55,693 nucleotides of DNA from Mycobacteriales bacterium. Its GTDB lineage: Bacteria > Actinomycetota > Actinomycetes > Mycobacteriales > CADCTP01. The translations under genes and the position numbers were made by a program. Location: the NCBI GenBank assembly GCA_036519715.1, contig DATDKW010000040.1:1-55693 (forward strand), in the 5' to 3' direction. Below, piece after piece: positions 18,117-29,071 of this stretch. The notes under the pieces were generated by a model. The model saw only the letters and a list, made by a program, of their open reading frames with translations, had not been told where the DNA came from and searched no databases. Position 1 is the stretch's first letter, and every line of letters starts with the position of its first letter.

Positions 18117-20576
18117 ATGACCGAAGACCGCTACGACTGGCGGGCCATCCAGGACCGGTGGCTGCCCGAGTGGGACAAGCTGGATCCGTTCCGGGCCGGC
18201 CAGCGCGGTCCCGACGCCGAGCGGCGGTACGCGCTGGACATGTTCCCGTACCCGTCGGGTGACCTGCACATGGGCCACGCCGAGGCGTTCGCGATCGGTG
18301 ACGTGGTCGCGCGGTACTGGTTCCAGCAGGGCTACGACGTGCTGCACCCGATCGGCTGGGACTCCTTCGGCCTGCCCGCGGAGAATGCCGCGATCAAGCG
18401 CGACTCCCACCCGGCCGGCTGGACCTACGCGAACATCGAGACCCAGGCCGAGTCGTTCCGCCGGTACGCGATCTCCTTCGACTGGTCGCACCGGCTGCAC
18501 ACGTCCGACCCCGAGTACTACCGCTGGACCCAGTGGCTGTTCCTGCAGCTGCACGAGCGGGGCCTGGCCTACCGGAAGGCGTCCCAGGTCAACTGGTGCC
18601 CGAAGGACCAGACCGTGCTGGCAAACGAGCAGGTCGTCGCGGGTGCCTGCGAGCGCTGCGGCACGCCGGTGACCAAGCGCGAGCTGACCCAGTGGTACTT
18701 CCGGATCACCGACTACGCCGAGCGGCTGCTGGACGACATGGCGCAGCTGGAAGGGCGCTGGCCCGAGCGTGTCCTGACCATGCAGCGCAACTGGATCGGC
18801 CGCTCCATCGGCGCGCAGGTCGACTTCGCCGTCGAGGGCCGGGACGAGTCGGTCACCGTCTTCACCACCCGGCCCGACACCCTGTACGGCGCGACGTTCT
18901 TCGTGGTCGCCGCCGACTCCCGGCTGGCCGAGGAGCTGTGCGCGCCGGAGCAGCGGGCCGGCTTCGAGGCCTACCGGGAGCAGGTCCGCCGGCTGACCGA
19001 CATCGACCGGCTGGCCGAGGGCCGGGAGAAGACCGGCGTCCCGCTGGGGCGGTATGCCATCAACCCGGTCAACGGGGAGCGGATCCCGGTGTGGGCCGCC
19101 GACTACGTGCTGGCCGACTACGGCACCGGCGCGATCATGGCCGTGCCCGCCCACGACCAGCGCGACCTGGACTTCGCCCGCACCTTCGACCTGCCCGTAC
19201 GGGTGGTGGTGGACACCGGAGAGCCGGACCCGGCGACGACCTGGATCGCGACCTCGGGCGACGGCGAGCTGATCAACTCCGGCTCGCTGAACGGGCTGCG
19301 CAAGGACGCCGCGATCGCGGCCATCGTGCGCGAGCTGGAGGAGGCGGGCGGCGGGCACGGCGCGCTGAACTACCGGCTGCGCGACTGGCTGGTCTCCCGG
19401 CAGCGCTACTGGGGGGCACCGATCCCGATCGTGCACTGCCCGGTCGACGGCGAGGTGCCGGTTCCGGACGATCAGCTGCCGGTCCGGCTGCCCGACCTGC
19501 GCGGCTCTGACCTGCAGCCGAAGGGCGTGTCCCCGCTGGCCGCGGCGACGGACTGGGTCCACACGACCTGCCCCCGGTGTGGCGGGCCGGCCGAGCGGGA
19601 CACCGACACGATGGACACGTTCGTCGACTCGTCCTGGTACTTCCTGCGCTACCCGTCGGTGGACCGCGACGACGTCGCGATCGACCCGGTGGAGATGCGG
19701 CGCTGGGGTGCGGTCGACCACTACACCGGCGGCGTCGAGCACGCGATCCTGCACCTGCTGTACAGCCGGTTCATGACCAAGGTGCTGCACGACCTGGGCC
19801 ACGTCGACTTCGTCGAGCCGTTCCGGTCGCTGCACAACCAGGGCCAGGTCATCAACCAGGGCAAGTCGATGTCCAAGTCGCTGGGCAACGGCGTCGACCT
19901 GGGCGTCGAGCTGGCCGAGCACGGCGTGGATGCCATCCGGCTGACCATGCTGTTCGCGGGGCCGCCGGACGAGGACGTCGACTGGGCGGACGTGTCGCCG
20001 ACCGGGTCGGGCAAGTTCCTGGCCCGGGCCTGGCGGGTCGCCGGGGACGTCACGTCGGAGCCGGGCACCGACCCCGCCACCGGCGACGTCGGGCTGCGTA
20101 CGACGACGCACCGGGCGATCGCCGAGATCGGCTCGCTGGTCGGGTCGTTCCGCTTCAACGTGGCCATCGCCCGCCTGATGGAGCTGGTGAACGCGACCCG
20201 CAAGGCCATCGACTCCGGCCCGGGCGGCGGCGACCCCGCGGTGCGGGAGGCGGCCGAGGCCATCGCGGTGATGCTGTCGGTCTTCGCGCCGTACTGCGCC
20301 GAGGACATGTGGGCGACCCTGGGCCACGACCCGACGGTGGCGCTGGCGGGCTGGCCGGTCGCCGACCCGGCGCTGTTGGTGGAGGAGAGCGTCACCGCGG
20401 TCGTCCAGGTCGCGGGCAAGGTGCGGGCGCGGCTGAGCGTGGCCCCGGACATCACCGAGGACGGGCTGCGCGAGCTGGCGCTGGCCGATCCGGCGGTCGT
20501 CCGGGCACTGGGCGACCGCACCGTCCGGACCGTCGTGGTGCGCCCGCCGAGGCTGGTGAACGTCGTACCGGGCTGA
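18117..20576 (+). CDS. leuS: Leucine--tRNA ligase
   Basis: HMGH motif ([10 protein letters not shown]), KMSKS-type motif (KSMSKSLGN), and the CP1 editing region. ATG 18117 gives [15 protein letters not shown]. Confidence 0.98.
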   Translation: MTEDRYDWRAIQDRWLPEWDKLDPFRAGQRGPDAERRYALDMFPYPSGDLHMGHAEAFAIGDVVARYWFQQGYDVLHPIGWDSFGLPAENAAIKRDSHPAGWTYANIETQAESFRRYAISFDWSHRLHTSDPEYYRWTQWLFLQLHERGLAYRKASQVNWCPKDQTVLANEQVVAGACERCGTPVTKRELTQWYFRITDYAERLLDDMAQLEGRWPERVLTMQRNWIGRSIGAQVDFAVEGRDESVTVFTTRPDTLYGATFFVVAADSRLAEELCAPEQRAGFEAYREQVRRLTDIDRLAEGREKTGVPLGRYAINPVNGERIPVWAADYVLADYGTGAIMAVPAHDQRDLDFARTFDLPVRVVVDTGEPDPATTWIATSGDGELINSGSLNGLRKDAAIAAIVRELEEAGGGHGALNYRLRDWLVSRQRYWGAPIPIVHCPVDGEVPVPDDQLPVRLPDLRGSDLQPKGVSPLAAATDWVHTTCPRCGGPAERDTDTMDTFVDSSWYFLRYPSVDRDDVAIDPVEMRRWGAVDHYTGGVEHAILHLLYSRFMTKVLHDLGHVDFVEPFRSLHNQGQVINQGKSMSKSLGNGVDLGVELAEHGVDAIRLTMLFAGPPDEDVDWADVSPTGSGKFLARAWRVAGDVTSEPGTDPATGDVGLRTTTHRAIAEIGSLVGSFRFNVAIARLMELVNATRKAIDSGPGGGDPAVREAAEAIAVMLSVFAPYCAEDMWATLGHDPTVALAGWPVADPALLVEESVTAVVQVAGKVRARLSVAPDITEDGLRELALADPAVVRALGDRTVRTVVVRPPRLVNVVPG

Positions 20577-20594
20577 GCCCGATACGGTGCTCGC

Positions 20595-21443
20595 ATGGGT
20601 GGTCGTGTCGCGGTCGTGACCGACTCCACCGCCTATCTGCCGGACGGCCTGGCCGACCGGCTGTCGATCCGGGTGGTGCCGCTGCAGGTCGTGCTGGGCG
20701 GCCGGTCGGGGGCCGAGGGCAGCGAGGTGACCCCGGCGCAGGTCGCCTCCGCTCTGGCCTCCTGGGTGCCGGTCAGCACGTCCCGGCCGACCCCGGCCCA
20801 GTTCGCCTCGGTCTACCAGGACGCGCTGGACCGGGGGGCGTCGGAGGTCGTCTCGCTGCACCTGTCCCGGGAGCTGTCCGGGACCTGGGACTCGGCCCGG
20901 CTGGCGGCGGCCGAGGTCGGCTCGGACCGGATCCGGGTGGTCGACTCGCGGTCGGCCGCGATGGGTCTCGGCTTCGCCGTGCTGGCAGCGGCTCAGGCGG
21001 CGGCGGCCGGCGGCAGCCAGGAGCAGGTGTACGAAGCGGCGGTCGGTACGGCCGAACGGACCACCACGCTGTTCTACGTGGACACGCTCGAGCACCTGCG
21101 CCGGGGTGGCCGGATCGGCGCCGCCCAGGCGCTGCTCGGCACCGCGCTGTCGGTCAAGCCGATCCTGCACGTCCAGGAGGGGCGGATCGTCCCGCTGGAG
21201 AAGGTCCGTACGGTCAGCAAGGGCATCGCCCGGCTCGAGGCCCTGGCCGTGGCGGCTGCCGGGGACGGGCCAGCCGACGTCGCCGTGCACCATTTGGCCG
21301 CCGCGGAGCGGGCCGCCCTGCTGGCCGAGCGGCTGCGGGCCCGGCTGCCGCAGGTCGGGCAGTTCTACGCGTCCGAGGTCGGTGCCGTCGTGGGCGCGCA
21401 CGTGGGGCCGGGCGTGCTCGGCGTCGTCGTGGTGCGGCCCTGA
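20595..21443 (+). CDS. DegV family (fatty-acid binding) protein
   Basis: VAVVTDSTAYLP N-terminus, and GGRIG in LEHLRRGGRIGAAQALLGTALSVKPIL. Confidence 0.9.
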   Translation: MGGRVAVVTDSTAYLPDGLADRLSIRVVPLQVVLGGRSGAEGSEVTPAQVASALASWVPVSTSRPTPAQFASVYQDALDRGASEVVSLHLSRELSGTWDSARLAAAEVGSDRIRVVDSRSAAMGLGFAVLAAAQAAAAGGSQEQVYEAAVGTAERTTTLFYVDTLEHLRRGGRIGAAQALLGTALSVKPILHVQEGRIVPLEKVRTVSKGIARLEALAVAAAGDGPADVAVHHLAAAERAALLAERLRARLPQVGQFYASEVGAVVGAHVGPGVLGVVVVRP

Positions 21444-21450
21444 GCCGCTG

Positions 21451-21473
21451 CGCGTCCGGGCAGTCCGGACGCG
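21451..21473 (+). terminator. Hairpin after degV
   Basis: CGCGTCCGG, loop gcagt, CCGGACGCG, 8 nt after the stop. A second 10-bp hairpin lies at 21548-21572. Confidence 0.5.
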
Positions 21474-21719
21474 GAGGACCACCGATCTGCCGATCAGCCG
21501 TATCAGGAGGGCCGGTCCGTTGCTCCTACCAGTCGAGAGCGGCTGTCGACCGCCGGGCGCGACCCGGCGGTCGGCTCCGTAGTTGGCGACGAGCAGCGAT
21601 CGAGGACCCATGACCGTGCAGGTGAGCCCCGGCGCCGGGCCGGGAGGCGACGGCCTGCCGGCCCGTGTCCACCCGGCTGATTGCGTCGCCGCCGGCACCG
21701 CCGATCGGGAGGGGGAGCG

Positions 21720-22214
21720 ATGAGCGCGGTGCGAGGTGGCGACGCCCTGCTGGGAGAGCTGCAGGGCCTGCTGGCTCGGGTCGACCCGGTGCCGGCGGAG
21801 CTTCTCGACCAGGTGCGCCGCTCGTTCTGCTGGCGCACCATCGACGCCGAGCTGGCCGAGCTCTCCTTCGACTCCCTGACCGACCAGGAGTCCGCCCTGG
21901 CGGTCCGGTCCGGTGCGGACGCGGCGCTGGAGCCGCGGATGCTCGGCTTCAGCGCGGTCGTCCTCGGCGAGGAGCTGTCCATCGAGGTGGAGATCAGCTC
22001 GTCCGGGGACGGCTGCGTGCTGGTCGGCCAGGTCTTCCCGGCGGGCGCTTCCGCCGTCGAGATGCAGGCGGGGACCGGTGGGTCCACCGAGGTGCCGGTC
22101 GACGAGCTCGGCCGGTTCGTCATCGAGCCGGTGCCCGGCGGTCCGGTGCGGCTGCGCGTCGACCACGCCGGCCGCGTCGTGCAGACGACCTGGGTCTCGT
22201 ACACGCCCTGCTGA
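21720..22214 (+). CDS. Hypothetical protein
   Basis: 164-aa ORF from ATG 21720 (MSAVRGGDALLGELQGLLARVDP...), preceded by GGGAGGGGGAG. I recognise no motif. Confidence 0.6.
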   Translation: MSAVRGGDALLGELQGLLARVDPVPAELLDQVRRSFCWRTIDAELAELSFDSLTDQESALAVRSGADAALEPRMLGFSAVVLGEELSIEVEISSSGDGCVLVGQVFPAGASAVEMQAGTGGSTEVPVDELGRFVIEPVPGGPVRLRVDHAGRVVQTTWVSYTPC

Positions 22215-22497
22215 CGCCGCGTCCCGCGGCTCGATCCCCGTCATGGCGGCGAAGTTAGCCCCGGGATGGCGTCCGTCAAACTCGTCGTCCACAGGCTCCG
22301 CCGTCATCCACAGATCCGCGATCGGGGCTTCCCGGGGTTGACCCCGCGTCCGTACGGTCCCTCGCGTGCGAACCGTCATCCGGGACCGAAGTCGTCCGTC
22401 TACAAGCGACGCCGTAGTCGAAAGGCTGCGGCAGTTGCTGGGCTCCCGAGGATTTCAGTCGGAGTCCACTGTGGACCTGGAGCGTGAGCGGTCCACT

Positions 22498-23226
22498 ATG
22501 GATGGTGATTGGACCGAGGATGTCGCGGTGCCTCGGACGTCGGGTGGATCCGTCGGGACCGGGTGGCGCGGGCTGGTCGACCGGTGGTCGCCGGTCGGGT
22601 TGCGCGGCGCCCGCGCCGATCCGGGGCGGCGGGGAGCGGCGGTGCTGATCCTCGCCGCGGTGGTGGCCGCCGCCCTCGTCGGGGTGCTGGTCTGGCACGG
22701 GCGGCCGCGGCCCGAGACGATCGCGGCGCCGCCCGTGCTGACCGGAGGCTCGGCGTCGCCCGGACCCGGGCCGTCCGCGGCCTCGATCGTGGTGGCGGTG
22801 ACCGGCAAGGTCCGGCGTCCCGGCGTGGTCACCGTGGCGGCGGGAGCGCGGGTGATCGACGCCCTCCGGGCGGCCGGAGGTCCACTGCCGGGCGCCGACC
22901 TGCAGACGCTCAACCTGGCCCGCAAGCTCGCCGACGGCGAGCTGGTCGCGGTCGGCGTTCCCGGGCCCGCGGGTGCAGCGCCGGCCGCAGGTGGCGCTCC
23001 GGCCGGTGGTGGCTCACCCGGTGGCGCCCCGACCGGCCCGGTCGACCTCAACGCCGCCACGCTGGCCGAGCTCGACACACTCCCCGGCGTCGGGCCGGTC
23101 CTCGCCCAGCGGATCCTGGACTGGCGGACGGCTCACGGCCAGTTCGCCAGCGTCGACCAGCTCGCCGACGTGCCCGGCATCGGCGAGTCCCGGATGGCGC
23201 AGCTGCGCGACCTGGTCCGGGTCTGA
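22498..23226 (+). CDS. comEA: ComEA family DNA-binding protein
   Basis: TM AAVLILAAVVAAALVGVLVW, SLBB-like VAVTGKVRRPGVVTV, C-terminal HhH VDLNAATLAELDTLPGVGPVLAQRILDWR. The start is uncertain: ATG 22498 is chosen, GTG 22366 is possible. By hand count, third-position GC is clearly lower in 22366-22497. Confidence 0.85.
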   Translation: MDGDWTEDVAVPRTSGGSVGTGWRGLVDRWSPVGLRGARADPGRRGAAVLILAAVVAAALVGVLVWHGRPRPETIAAPPVLTGGSASPGPGPSAASIVVAVTGKVRRPGVVTVAAGARVIDALRAAGGPLPGADLQTLNLARKLADGELVAVGVPGPAGAAPAAGGAPAGGGSPGGAPTGPVDLNAATLAELDTLPGVGPVLAQRILDWRTAHGQFASVDQLADVPGIGESRMAQLRDLVRV

Positions 23227-23227
23227 G

Positions 23228-25621
23228 ATGACCGGATCGGCGACCCCGGACGCATCCCCGGCCAGGTGGGCGACCTCCGGCGGCTCCGTCGCCGATCCGG
23301 CGGCGCAGACGCCGGCGGAGACGCCGGCCGATGTGAGGCTGATGGTAGGGGCGGTGGCGGCGTGGCTCAGCGTGCTGGCCACGCTCGGTCTGCCGGCGGC
23401 GCAGGGCAGCGTCCTGGGTGCCGCGGCGCTGGTCGGCGGTCTCAGCTCGCTGGCCGGGCGCCGGCGGTGGTCGGCGACGGTCGCGCTCGTCCTGGGGTGC
23501 GCGGGTGCGGCCGCGCTGGCCACGGCGGCGCGGGTCGCCGCGGTCGAGCATTCACCGCTGACCGCGCTGGCCGAGCGACGGGCCGGCGTGACGGCCGAGC
23601 TGGTGATCAGCGACGACCCGCGCCCGCTGACCTCCGGCGCAGGCCCGCCCAGCGTCCTTGTGGGGGCGCGGATCCGGGAGGTCACCGCCGCCGGGCGGCG
23701 GTGGTCGGTCTCGGGCCGCGTCCTGGTGCTGGCCCCGGCGGACGGATGGCGCGGCCTGCTGCCGAGCCAGCGGGTCCGGGTGGTGGGTCGGCTGGGACCC
23801 CCGGCCCGGGACGACCTCACCGTCGCCGTGCTGACTGTGCGGTCGCCGCCGACCCGGATCGGGCCGCCGTCATCGGTCCAGACCGCGGCCGGCCGGATCC
23901 GGGCCGGCCTTCGGGATGCCGCGGCGGTGCTGCCGGACGGACCCCGCGGACTCCTGCCGGGGCTCGTCGACGGGGACGTCAGCGGCCTCGACCCGGCCCT
24001 GGCCGACGACTTCAGGATCGCCGGCCTGTCGCACCTGACCGCGGTCAGCGGGACCAACGTGGCGATCGTGGCCGGAGCCGTGCTGCTGTTGTTGCGGGGG
24101 ATGACGGTCGGGCCGCGGACCTCGGCGGTGGCGGCCGGAATCGCGATCGCCGGATTCGTGGTGCTGGCCCGGCCGGCGCCGAGCGTGCTGCGGGCGGCGG
24201 TGATGGGTGGCCTGGCGCTGCTCGCGCTGGCGACCGGACGGCCTCGGTCGGCGCTGCCGGCGCTGGGCGCGACCGTGCTGATCCTGATGTTCGTTTCGCC
24301 GTCCCTGGCCCGGGATCCCGGCTTCGCACTGTCGGTGCTGGCCACAGCGGGCCTGATCCTGCTCGGCCCCGGCTGGGCGGCGGCGCTGCGGGCCCGCGGG
24401 GTGCCGCCCGGGCTGGCCGAGGCGCTGGCGGTGCCGGCCGCGGCCACGGTCGCCACCGCACCGGTCATCGCCGCGATCAGCGGGACGGTCAGCCTGGTGT
24501 CCGTCCCGGCCAACCTCCTGGCCGAGCCGGCGGTGGCGCCGGCGACCGTCCTGGGCGTGCTGGCCGCGGTCGTCTCGCCCCTGTCCGGTACGGCGGCCGA
24601 GTGGCTGGCGTGGGCCGCCGGGCTGCCCGTCCGCTGGCTCGTCGCCGTCGGCACCCGGGCGGCCCACGTCCCGGACGCCGCCGTCCCCTGGCCCGGCGGG
24701 GGCACCGGGGCGGCGATCCTCGTCGCCGCGTTGCTCGCCGCCGCCGCGGTTGTCCGCTGGCGTCCGGCCCGCCGGGTCGCCGTCGCGCTCCTGTTCGGGG
24801 CCGCGGTCGTGCTGGTGCCGGTCCGGACGGTGCTGCCGGGCTGGCCGCCGGCCGGCTGGCTGTTCGTCGCCTGTTCCGTCGGGCAGGGCGACGCGCTGGT
24901 CGTGCACGCCGGGCCGGGTGCGGCCATGGTCGTGGACGCCGGACCCGATCCGGTCGTCGTGGACGGCTGCCTGCGCCGGCTGGGAGTGCGGTCGGTGCCG
25001 CTGCTGGTGCTCACCCACCTGCATGCCGACCACGTCGACGGTCTTACCGGGGTGCTGCGGGGCCGGTCGGTCGCCGAGATCGACGTCGGGCCGTCCCGGG
25101 AGCCGCCCGGCGGCTGGCGGGAGGTCGAGGACGGCGCCCGCGGGCACCAGGTGCCCCTGCGGACGGTCGAGGTGGGGGAGCGGCGGCAGTTCGGCGGGCT
25201 GATGGTGGAGGTGCTGGGGCCGGATCACCCGTTCCACGGCACCCGGTCCGATCCCAACAACTCCTCCGTCGTGCTCCGGGTCGCCACACGCGGCGCGACC
25301 CTGCTGCTGACCGGTGACGCCGAGGTGGAGGCGCAGGACGCGCTGGTCCGCTCCGGCGCGGGCCTGCGGGCGGACATCCTCAAGGTGCCGCACCACGGGT
25401 CGGCCTACCAGAGCCCGGCGTTCCTGCGGGCGGTGCAGGCGAGCGTCGGCGTCATCTCGGTCGGCCTGGACAACGACTACGGCCACCCGTCGCCGGCGCT
25501 GCTGCACGAGCTCGATCGGCTCGGTATCCGGGCGGTCCGCACCGACCGGGACGGCGACATCGCGATCCGCGAACGGGACGGCCGGCTCGCGGTCGTGACC
25601 CGCCCGCAGCGGCCACCGTGA
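23228..25621 (+). CDS. comEC: ComEC/Rec2 DNA internalization protein
   Basis: Polytopic competence domain plus a C-terminal metallo-beta-lactamase motif LVLTHLHADHVDG. ATG 23228 lies 2 nt after the comEA stop. Confidence 0.92.
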   Translation: MTGSATPDASPARWATSGGSVADPAAQTPAETPADVRLMVGAVAAWLSVLATLGLPAAQGSVLGAAALVGGLSSLAGRRRWSATVALVLGCAGAAALATAARVAAVEHSPLTALAERRAGVTAELVISDDPRPLTSGAGPPSVLVGARIREVTAAGRRWSVSGRVLVLAPADGWRGLLPSQRVRVVGRLGPPARDDLTVAVLTVRSPPTRIGPPSSVQTAAGRIRAGLRDAAAVLPDGPRGLLPGLVDGDVSGLDPALADDFRIAGLSHLTAVSGTNVAIVAGAVLLLLRGMTVGPRTSAVAAGIAIAGFVVLARPAPSVLRAAVMGGLALLALATGRPRSALPALGATVLILMFVSPSLARDPGFALSVLATAGLILLGPGWAAALRARGVPPGLAEALAVPAAATVATAPVIAAISGTVSLVSVPANLLAEPAVAPATVLGVLAAVVSPLSGTAAEWLAWAAGLPVRWLVAVGTRAAHVPDAAVPWPGGGTGAAILVAALLAAAAVVRWRPARRVAVALLFGAAVVLVPVRTVLPGWPPAGWLFVACSVGQGDALVVHAGPGAAMVVDAGPDPVVVDGCLRRLGVRSVPLLVLTHLHADHVDGLTGVLRGRSVAEIDVGPSREPPGGWREVEDGARGHQVPLRTVEVGERRQFGGLMVEVLGPDHPFHGTRSDPNNSSVVLRVATRGATLLLTGDAEVEAQDALVRSGAGLRADILKVPHHGSAYQSPAFLRAVQASVGVISVGLDNDYGHPSPALLHELDRLGIRAVRTDRDGDIAIRERDGRLAVVTRPQRPP

Positions 25622-26631
25622 GCATGCGCGGCGGTCCGGGCGGGGCGTGCCAGGATGGCGGCGTGGCCGATTCGCTGGACGCTCCACTGCGGCTCGTCCT
25701 CGGGGACGAGGAGCTGCTGGTCTCCCGGGCCGTCGGCGAGGTGACCGCCGCCGCCCGGGCCGCCGACCCGGAGGCCGACGTCCGGGAGCTGGCGGCCGGC
25801 GAGCTGGCCGCGGCGGACCTGTTCGACCTCCTCAGCCCGGCGCTGTTCGGCGGCCGGCGGGTGGTCGTGATCCGCGGCGCCCACGAGGCCAAGGCCGACG
25901 TCGTGGACGCGCTCCGGTCCTACGTCACCGATCCGACCGACGAGGTCGTCCTCGTCGTCGTGCATCCCGGCGGGGCGCGGGGAAAGGCGCTGGTCGACGC
26001 GGTACGCAACGCCGGCGCGGTCGTCGTCGAGTGCGTCAAGCTGACCCGGCCGGAGGAGCGTCAGCAGTTCGTCCGGGCCGAGGTCGCGCGGCACGGCGGG
26101 GCGATCACCGCCGGCGCCGTCGCGGTCCTGCTCGACGCGGTCGGCAACGACCTGCGGGAGCTGTCCACCGCGGCGTCCCAGCTGGTCTCCGACACCGGCG
26201 GGCGGATCGACGCCGACGCGGTCACCCGCTACCACCGGGGCCGGGCCGAGGTCACCGGGTTCGCGGTGGCCGACCGGGCGGTGGTCGGGGACGTGCCGGG
26301 CGCGCTGGAGGCCCTGCGCTGGGCCCTGGCCGTGGGCGTGGCCCACGTGCTGGTCGCCGACGCGCTCGCCGACGGGGTCCGCTCGATCGCCCGGGTCAGC
26401 TCGGCCGGCCGCGGCAACCCGTACGCGATGGCGAGCTCGCTGGGGATGCCGCCGTGGAAAGTGAAGCGGGCGCAGTCCCAGGCCCGGGGCTGGAGCGCCA
26501 CCGGCCTGAGCCGGGCCATGCGTACCGTCGCCGACCTGAACGCCGACGTCAAGGGCGTGGCCGCCGACCCGTCCTACGCGCTGGAGGCGGCGATCCTGGA
26601 CCTGGCCGCCGCCCGGGCCACCGCCGACTGA
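25618..26631 (+). CDS. holA: DNA polymerase III subunit delta
   Basis: Positioned after comEC as in other actinobacteria, with LRLVLGDEELLVSRAV near the N-terminus. The start is GTG 25618 (GTGA overlap), ATG 25624 or GTG 25663. Confidence 0.82.
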   Translation: MSMRGGPGGACQDGGVADSLDAPLRLVLGDEELLVSRAVGEVTAAARAADPEADVRELAAGELAAADLFDLLSPALFGGRRVVVIRGAHEAKADVVDALRSYVTDPTDEVVLVVVHPGGARGKALVDAVRNAGAVVVECVKLTRPEERQQFVRAEVARHGGAITAGAVAVLLDAVGNDLRELSTAASQLVSDTGGRIDADAVTRYHRGRAEVTGFAVADRAVVGDVPGALEALRWALAVGVAHVLVADALADGVRSIARVSSAGRGNPYAMASSLGMPPWKVKRAQSQARGWSATGLSRAMRTVADLNADVKGVAADPSYALEAAILDLAAARATAD

Positions 26632-26667
26632 AGCCGCCGGCTACGCCGAGAGCCCCGGGCGCGCCGA

Positions 26668-26696
26668 AGAGCCGACACCACGCGGGTGCCGGCTCT
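26668..26696. terminator. Hairpin between convergent holA and rpsT
   Basis: AGAGCCG...CGGCTCT, a 7-bp stem usable on both strands, 14 nt from the rpsT stop. Confidence 0.4.
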
Positions 26697-26709
26697 CAGG
26701 AAGAACAGG

Positions 26710-26970
26710 TCAGAGGGCGTTGGTGCGCTGCGCCATCGCCGACTTCTTGTTCGCGGCCTGGTTGGCGTGGATGACGCCCTTGCTCGCGGCCTTGTCGAGC
26801 TGGCGCGACGCGTACTGCAGGGCGATCACGGCCTGCTCGCGGTCACCCGCGTCGGCGGCCTCGCGGAAGCGGCGCACGGCCGTCTTCAGCGACGACTTCA
26901 CCGACTTGTTGCGGACGCGCGCCTTCTCGTTGGTCTTGATGCGCTTGAGCTGGGACTTGATGTTCGCCAC
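26710..26970 (-). CDS. rpsT: 30S ribosomal protein S20
   Basis: (M)[32 protein letters not shown] is canonical S20. GTG 26970 has GAGG 7 nt upstream. Confidence 0.96.
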   Translation of the reverse strand: MANIKSQLKRIKTNEKARVRNKSVKSSLKTAVRRFREAADAGDREQAVIALQYASRQLDKAASKGVIHANQAANKKSAMAQRTNAL

Positions 26971-27144
26971 GCGAAAGCCTCGGGTCATCGTCGGGAATCG
27001 GGGGCGCGCGACAGCCCACGTGGACTACGAGCGCGACTGGCAACGTTACCAGGCGCTCGGGAGGCGGCCCAAACGGTGCCTGCCCGGGCCGGCGGCTCGA
27101 CGTGGGACGATCGACCCACCACCCCACTACCCGAACGGACCTGC

Positions 27145-28953
27145 GTGACCACCCGTACCACCGATCCGGCCGCCATCCGGAACTTCTGCATCATCGCCCA
27201 CATCGACCACGGCAAGTCGACGCTGGCCGACCGGATGCTCGAGGTCACCGGTGTGATCGAGCAGCGCAACATGCGCGCGCAATACCTCGACCGGATGGAC
27301 ATCGAGCGCGAGCGCGGCATCACCATCAAGGCGCAGAGTGTCCGGCTGCCCTGGGACGGTCACGTCCTGGACCTGATCGACACCCCCGGCCACGTCGACT
27401 TCAGCTACGAGGTGTCCCGGTCGCTGGCGGCGTGCGAGGGCGCCGTGCTGCTGGTCGACGCGGCCCAGGGGATCGAGGCCCAGACGCTGGCCAACCTGTA
27501 CATGGCCCTGGAGAACGACCTCACCATCGTCCCGGTCCTCAACAAGATCGACCTGCCCGCGGCCCAGCCGGAGAAGTACGCGGCCGAGCTGGCCCACATC
27601 CTCGGCATCGACGCCGACGACGTGCTCCGGATCAGTGCCAAGACCGGCCAGGGCGTGACCGAGGTGCTGGACCGGATCGTGCGGGACATCCCCGCCCCGA
27701 CCGGCGACCCGGACGCGCCCGCCCGCGCGATGATCTTCGACTCCGTGTACGACACGTACCGGGGCGTGGTGACGTACGTGCGGATGATCGACGGGTTCAT
27801 CGAGCCCCGGCAGAAGGTCCGGATGATGGCCACCCGGGCCACCCACGAGCTGCTCGAGGTCGGCGTCATCTCGCCCGAGCCGAAGCCGACGCAGGGTCTC
27901 GGCGTCGGCGAGGTCGGCTACCTCATCACCGGGGTGAAGGACGTCCGCCAGTCCCGGGTCGGCGACACCGTGACCGACGCGGCCGCGCCGGCGGTGGAGG
28001 CGCTGAGCGGCTACCGCGATCCCAAGCCGATGGTGTTCTCCGGCCTGTATCCGCTCGACGGCTCCGACTACCCGCTGCTGCGCGACGCGCTGGACAAGCT
28101 GCGGCTCAACGACGCGGCGCTGGTCTACGAGCCGGAGTCCTCCGGTGCGCTCGGCTTCGGCTACCGGATCGGCTTCCTGGGCCTGCTGCACATGGAGATC
28201 GTGCGGGAGCGGCTGGAGCGCGAATTCGGCCTCGACCTCATCTCCACCGCGCCCAACGTCGTCTACCGGGTGGTCATGGAGGACGGCACCGAGCACGTCG
28301 TCACCAACCCCAGCGACTGGCCCGGCGGCAAGATCGCCGAGACGTACGAGCCGGTGGTGAAGGCGATGGTGATCGCGCCGAGCGAGTACATCGGGACGAT
28401 CATGGAGCTGTGCCAGGCCCGGCGCGGGGTGCTCGGCGGCATGGACTACCTGTCCGAATCGCGGGTCGAGCTGCGCTACACGATGCCGCTCGGCGAGATC
28501 ATCTTCGACTTCTTCGACGCGCTGAAGTCGCGGACCCGCGGCTACGCGTCGCTGGACTACGAGGCCGCCGGTGAGATGGCCGCCGAGCTGGTCAAGGTCG
28601 ACATCCTGCTGCAGGGCGAGCCGGTCGACGCGTTCAGCGCGATCGTGCACAAGGACAAGGCGTACGGGTACGGCGTGTCGATGGCGGCCAAGCTGCGCGA
28701 GCTGATCCCGCGGCAGCAGTTCGAGGTGCCGATCCAGGCCGCCGTCGGGTCGCGGGTGATCGCCCGGGAGAACATCCGCGCGATCCGCAAGGACGTGCTG
28801 GCCAAGTGCTACGGCGGTGACATCACCCGCAAGCGGAAGCTGCTGGAGAAGCAGAAGGAAGGCAAGAAGCGGATGAAGATGGTCGGCCGCGTGGAGGTGC
28901 CGCAGGAGGCGTTCATCGCGGCCCTGTCGACCTCGGACGAGAAGCGCGCCTGA
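27145..28953 (+). CDS. lepA: Elongation factor 4
   Basis: [35 protein letters not shown], and the C-terminal LepA domain ending ...[21 protein letters not shown] 27145. Confidence 0.98.
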   Translation: MTTRTTDPAAIRNFCIIAHIDHGKSTLADRMLEVTGVIEQRNMRAQYLDRMDIERERGITIKAQSVRLPWDGHVLDLIDTPGHVDFSYEVSRSLAACEGAVLLVDAAQGIEAQTLANLYMALENDLTIVPVLNKIDLPAAQPEKYAAELAHILGIDADDVLRISAKTGQGVTEVLDRIVRDIPAPTGDPDAPARAMIFDSVYDTYRGVVTYVRMIDGFIEPRQKVRMMATRATHELLEVGVISPEPKPTQGLGVGEVGYLITGVKDVRQSRVGDTVTDAAAPAVEALSGYRDPKPMVFSGLYPLDGSDYPLLRDALDKLRLNDAALVYEPESSGALGFGYRIGFLGLLHMEIVRERLEREFGLDLISTAPNVVYRVVMEDGTEHVVTNPSDWPGGKIAETYEPVVKAMVIAPSEYIGTIMELCQARRGVLGGMDYLSESRVELRYTMPLGEIIFDFFDALKSRTRGYASLDYEAAGEMAAELVKVDILLQGEPVDAFSAIVHKDKAYGYGVSMAAKLRELIPRQQFEVPIQAAVGSRVIARENIRAIRKDVLAKCYGGDITRKRKLLEKQKEGKKRMKMVGRVEVPQEAFIAALSTSDEKRA

Positions 28954-29071
28954 GGGCGGTTGTCAACCCCGACCGCCGGGACTGTGAACGAGGGCGGGGG
29001 GTGTGGACGGGGTTCGGAAGTTGTCGGTGCTGTGTCGAACACTTGTGCGAGTTCGACCGGAGGAGGAGCCG

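Noticed and set aside
21475-21719. The 245-nt spacer after degV as a possible small RNA or riboswitch.
   Set aside because: Only generic GC hairpins are present (for example 21548-21572). I recognise no conserved RNA-family signature, and there is no coding-like codon-position pattern.
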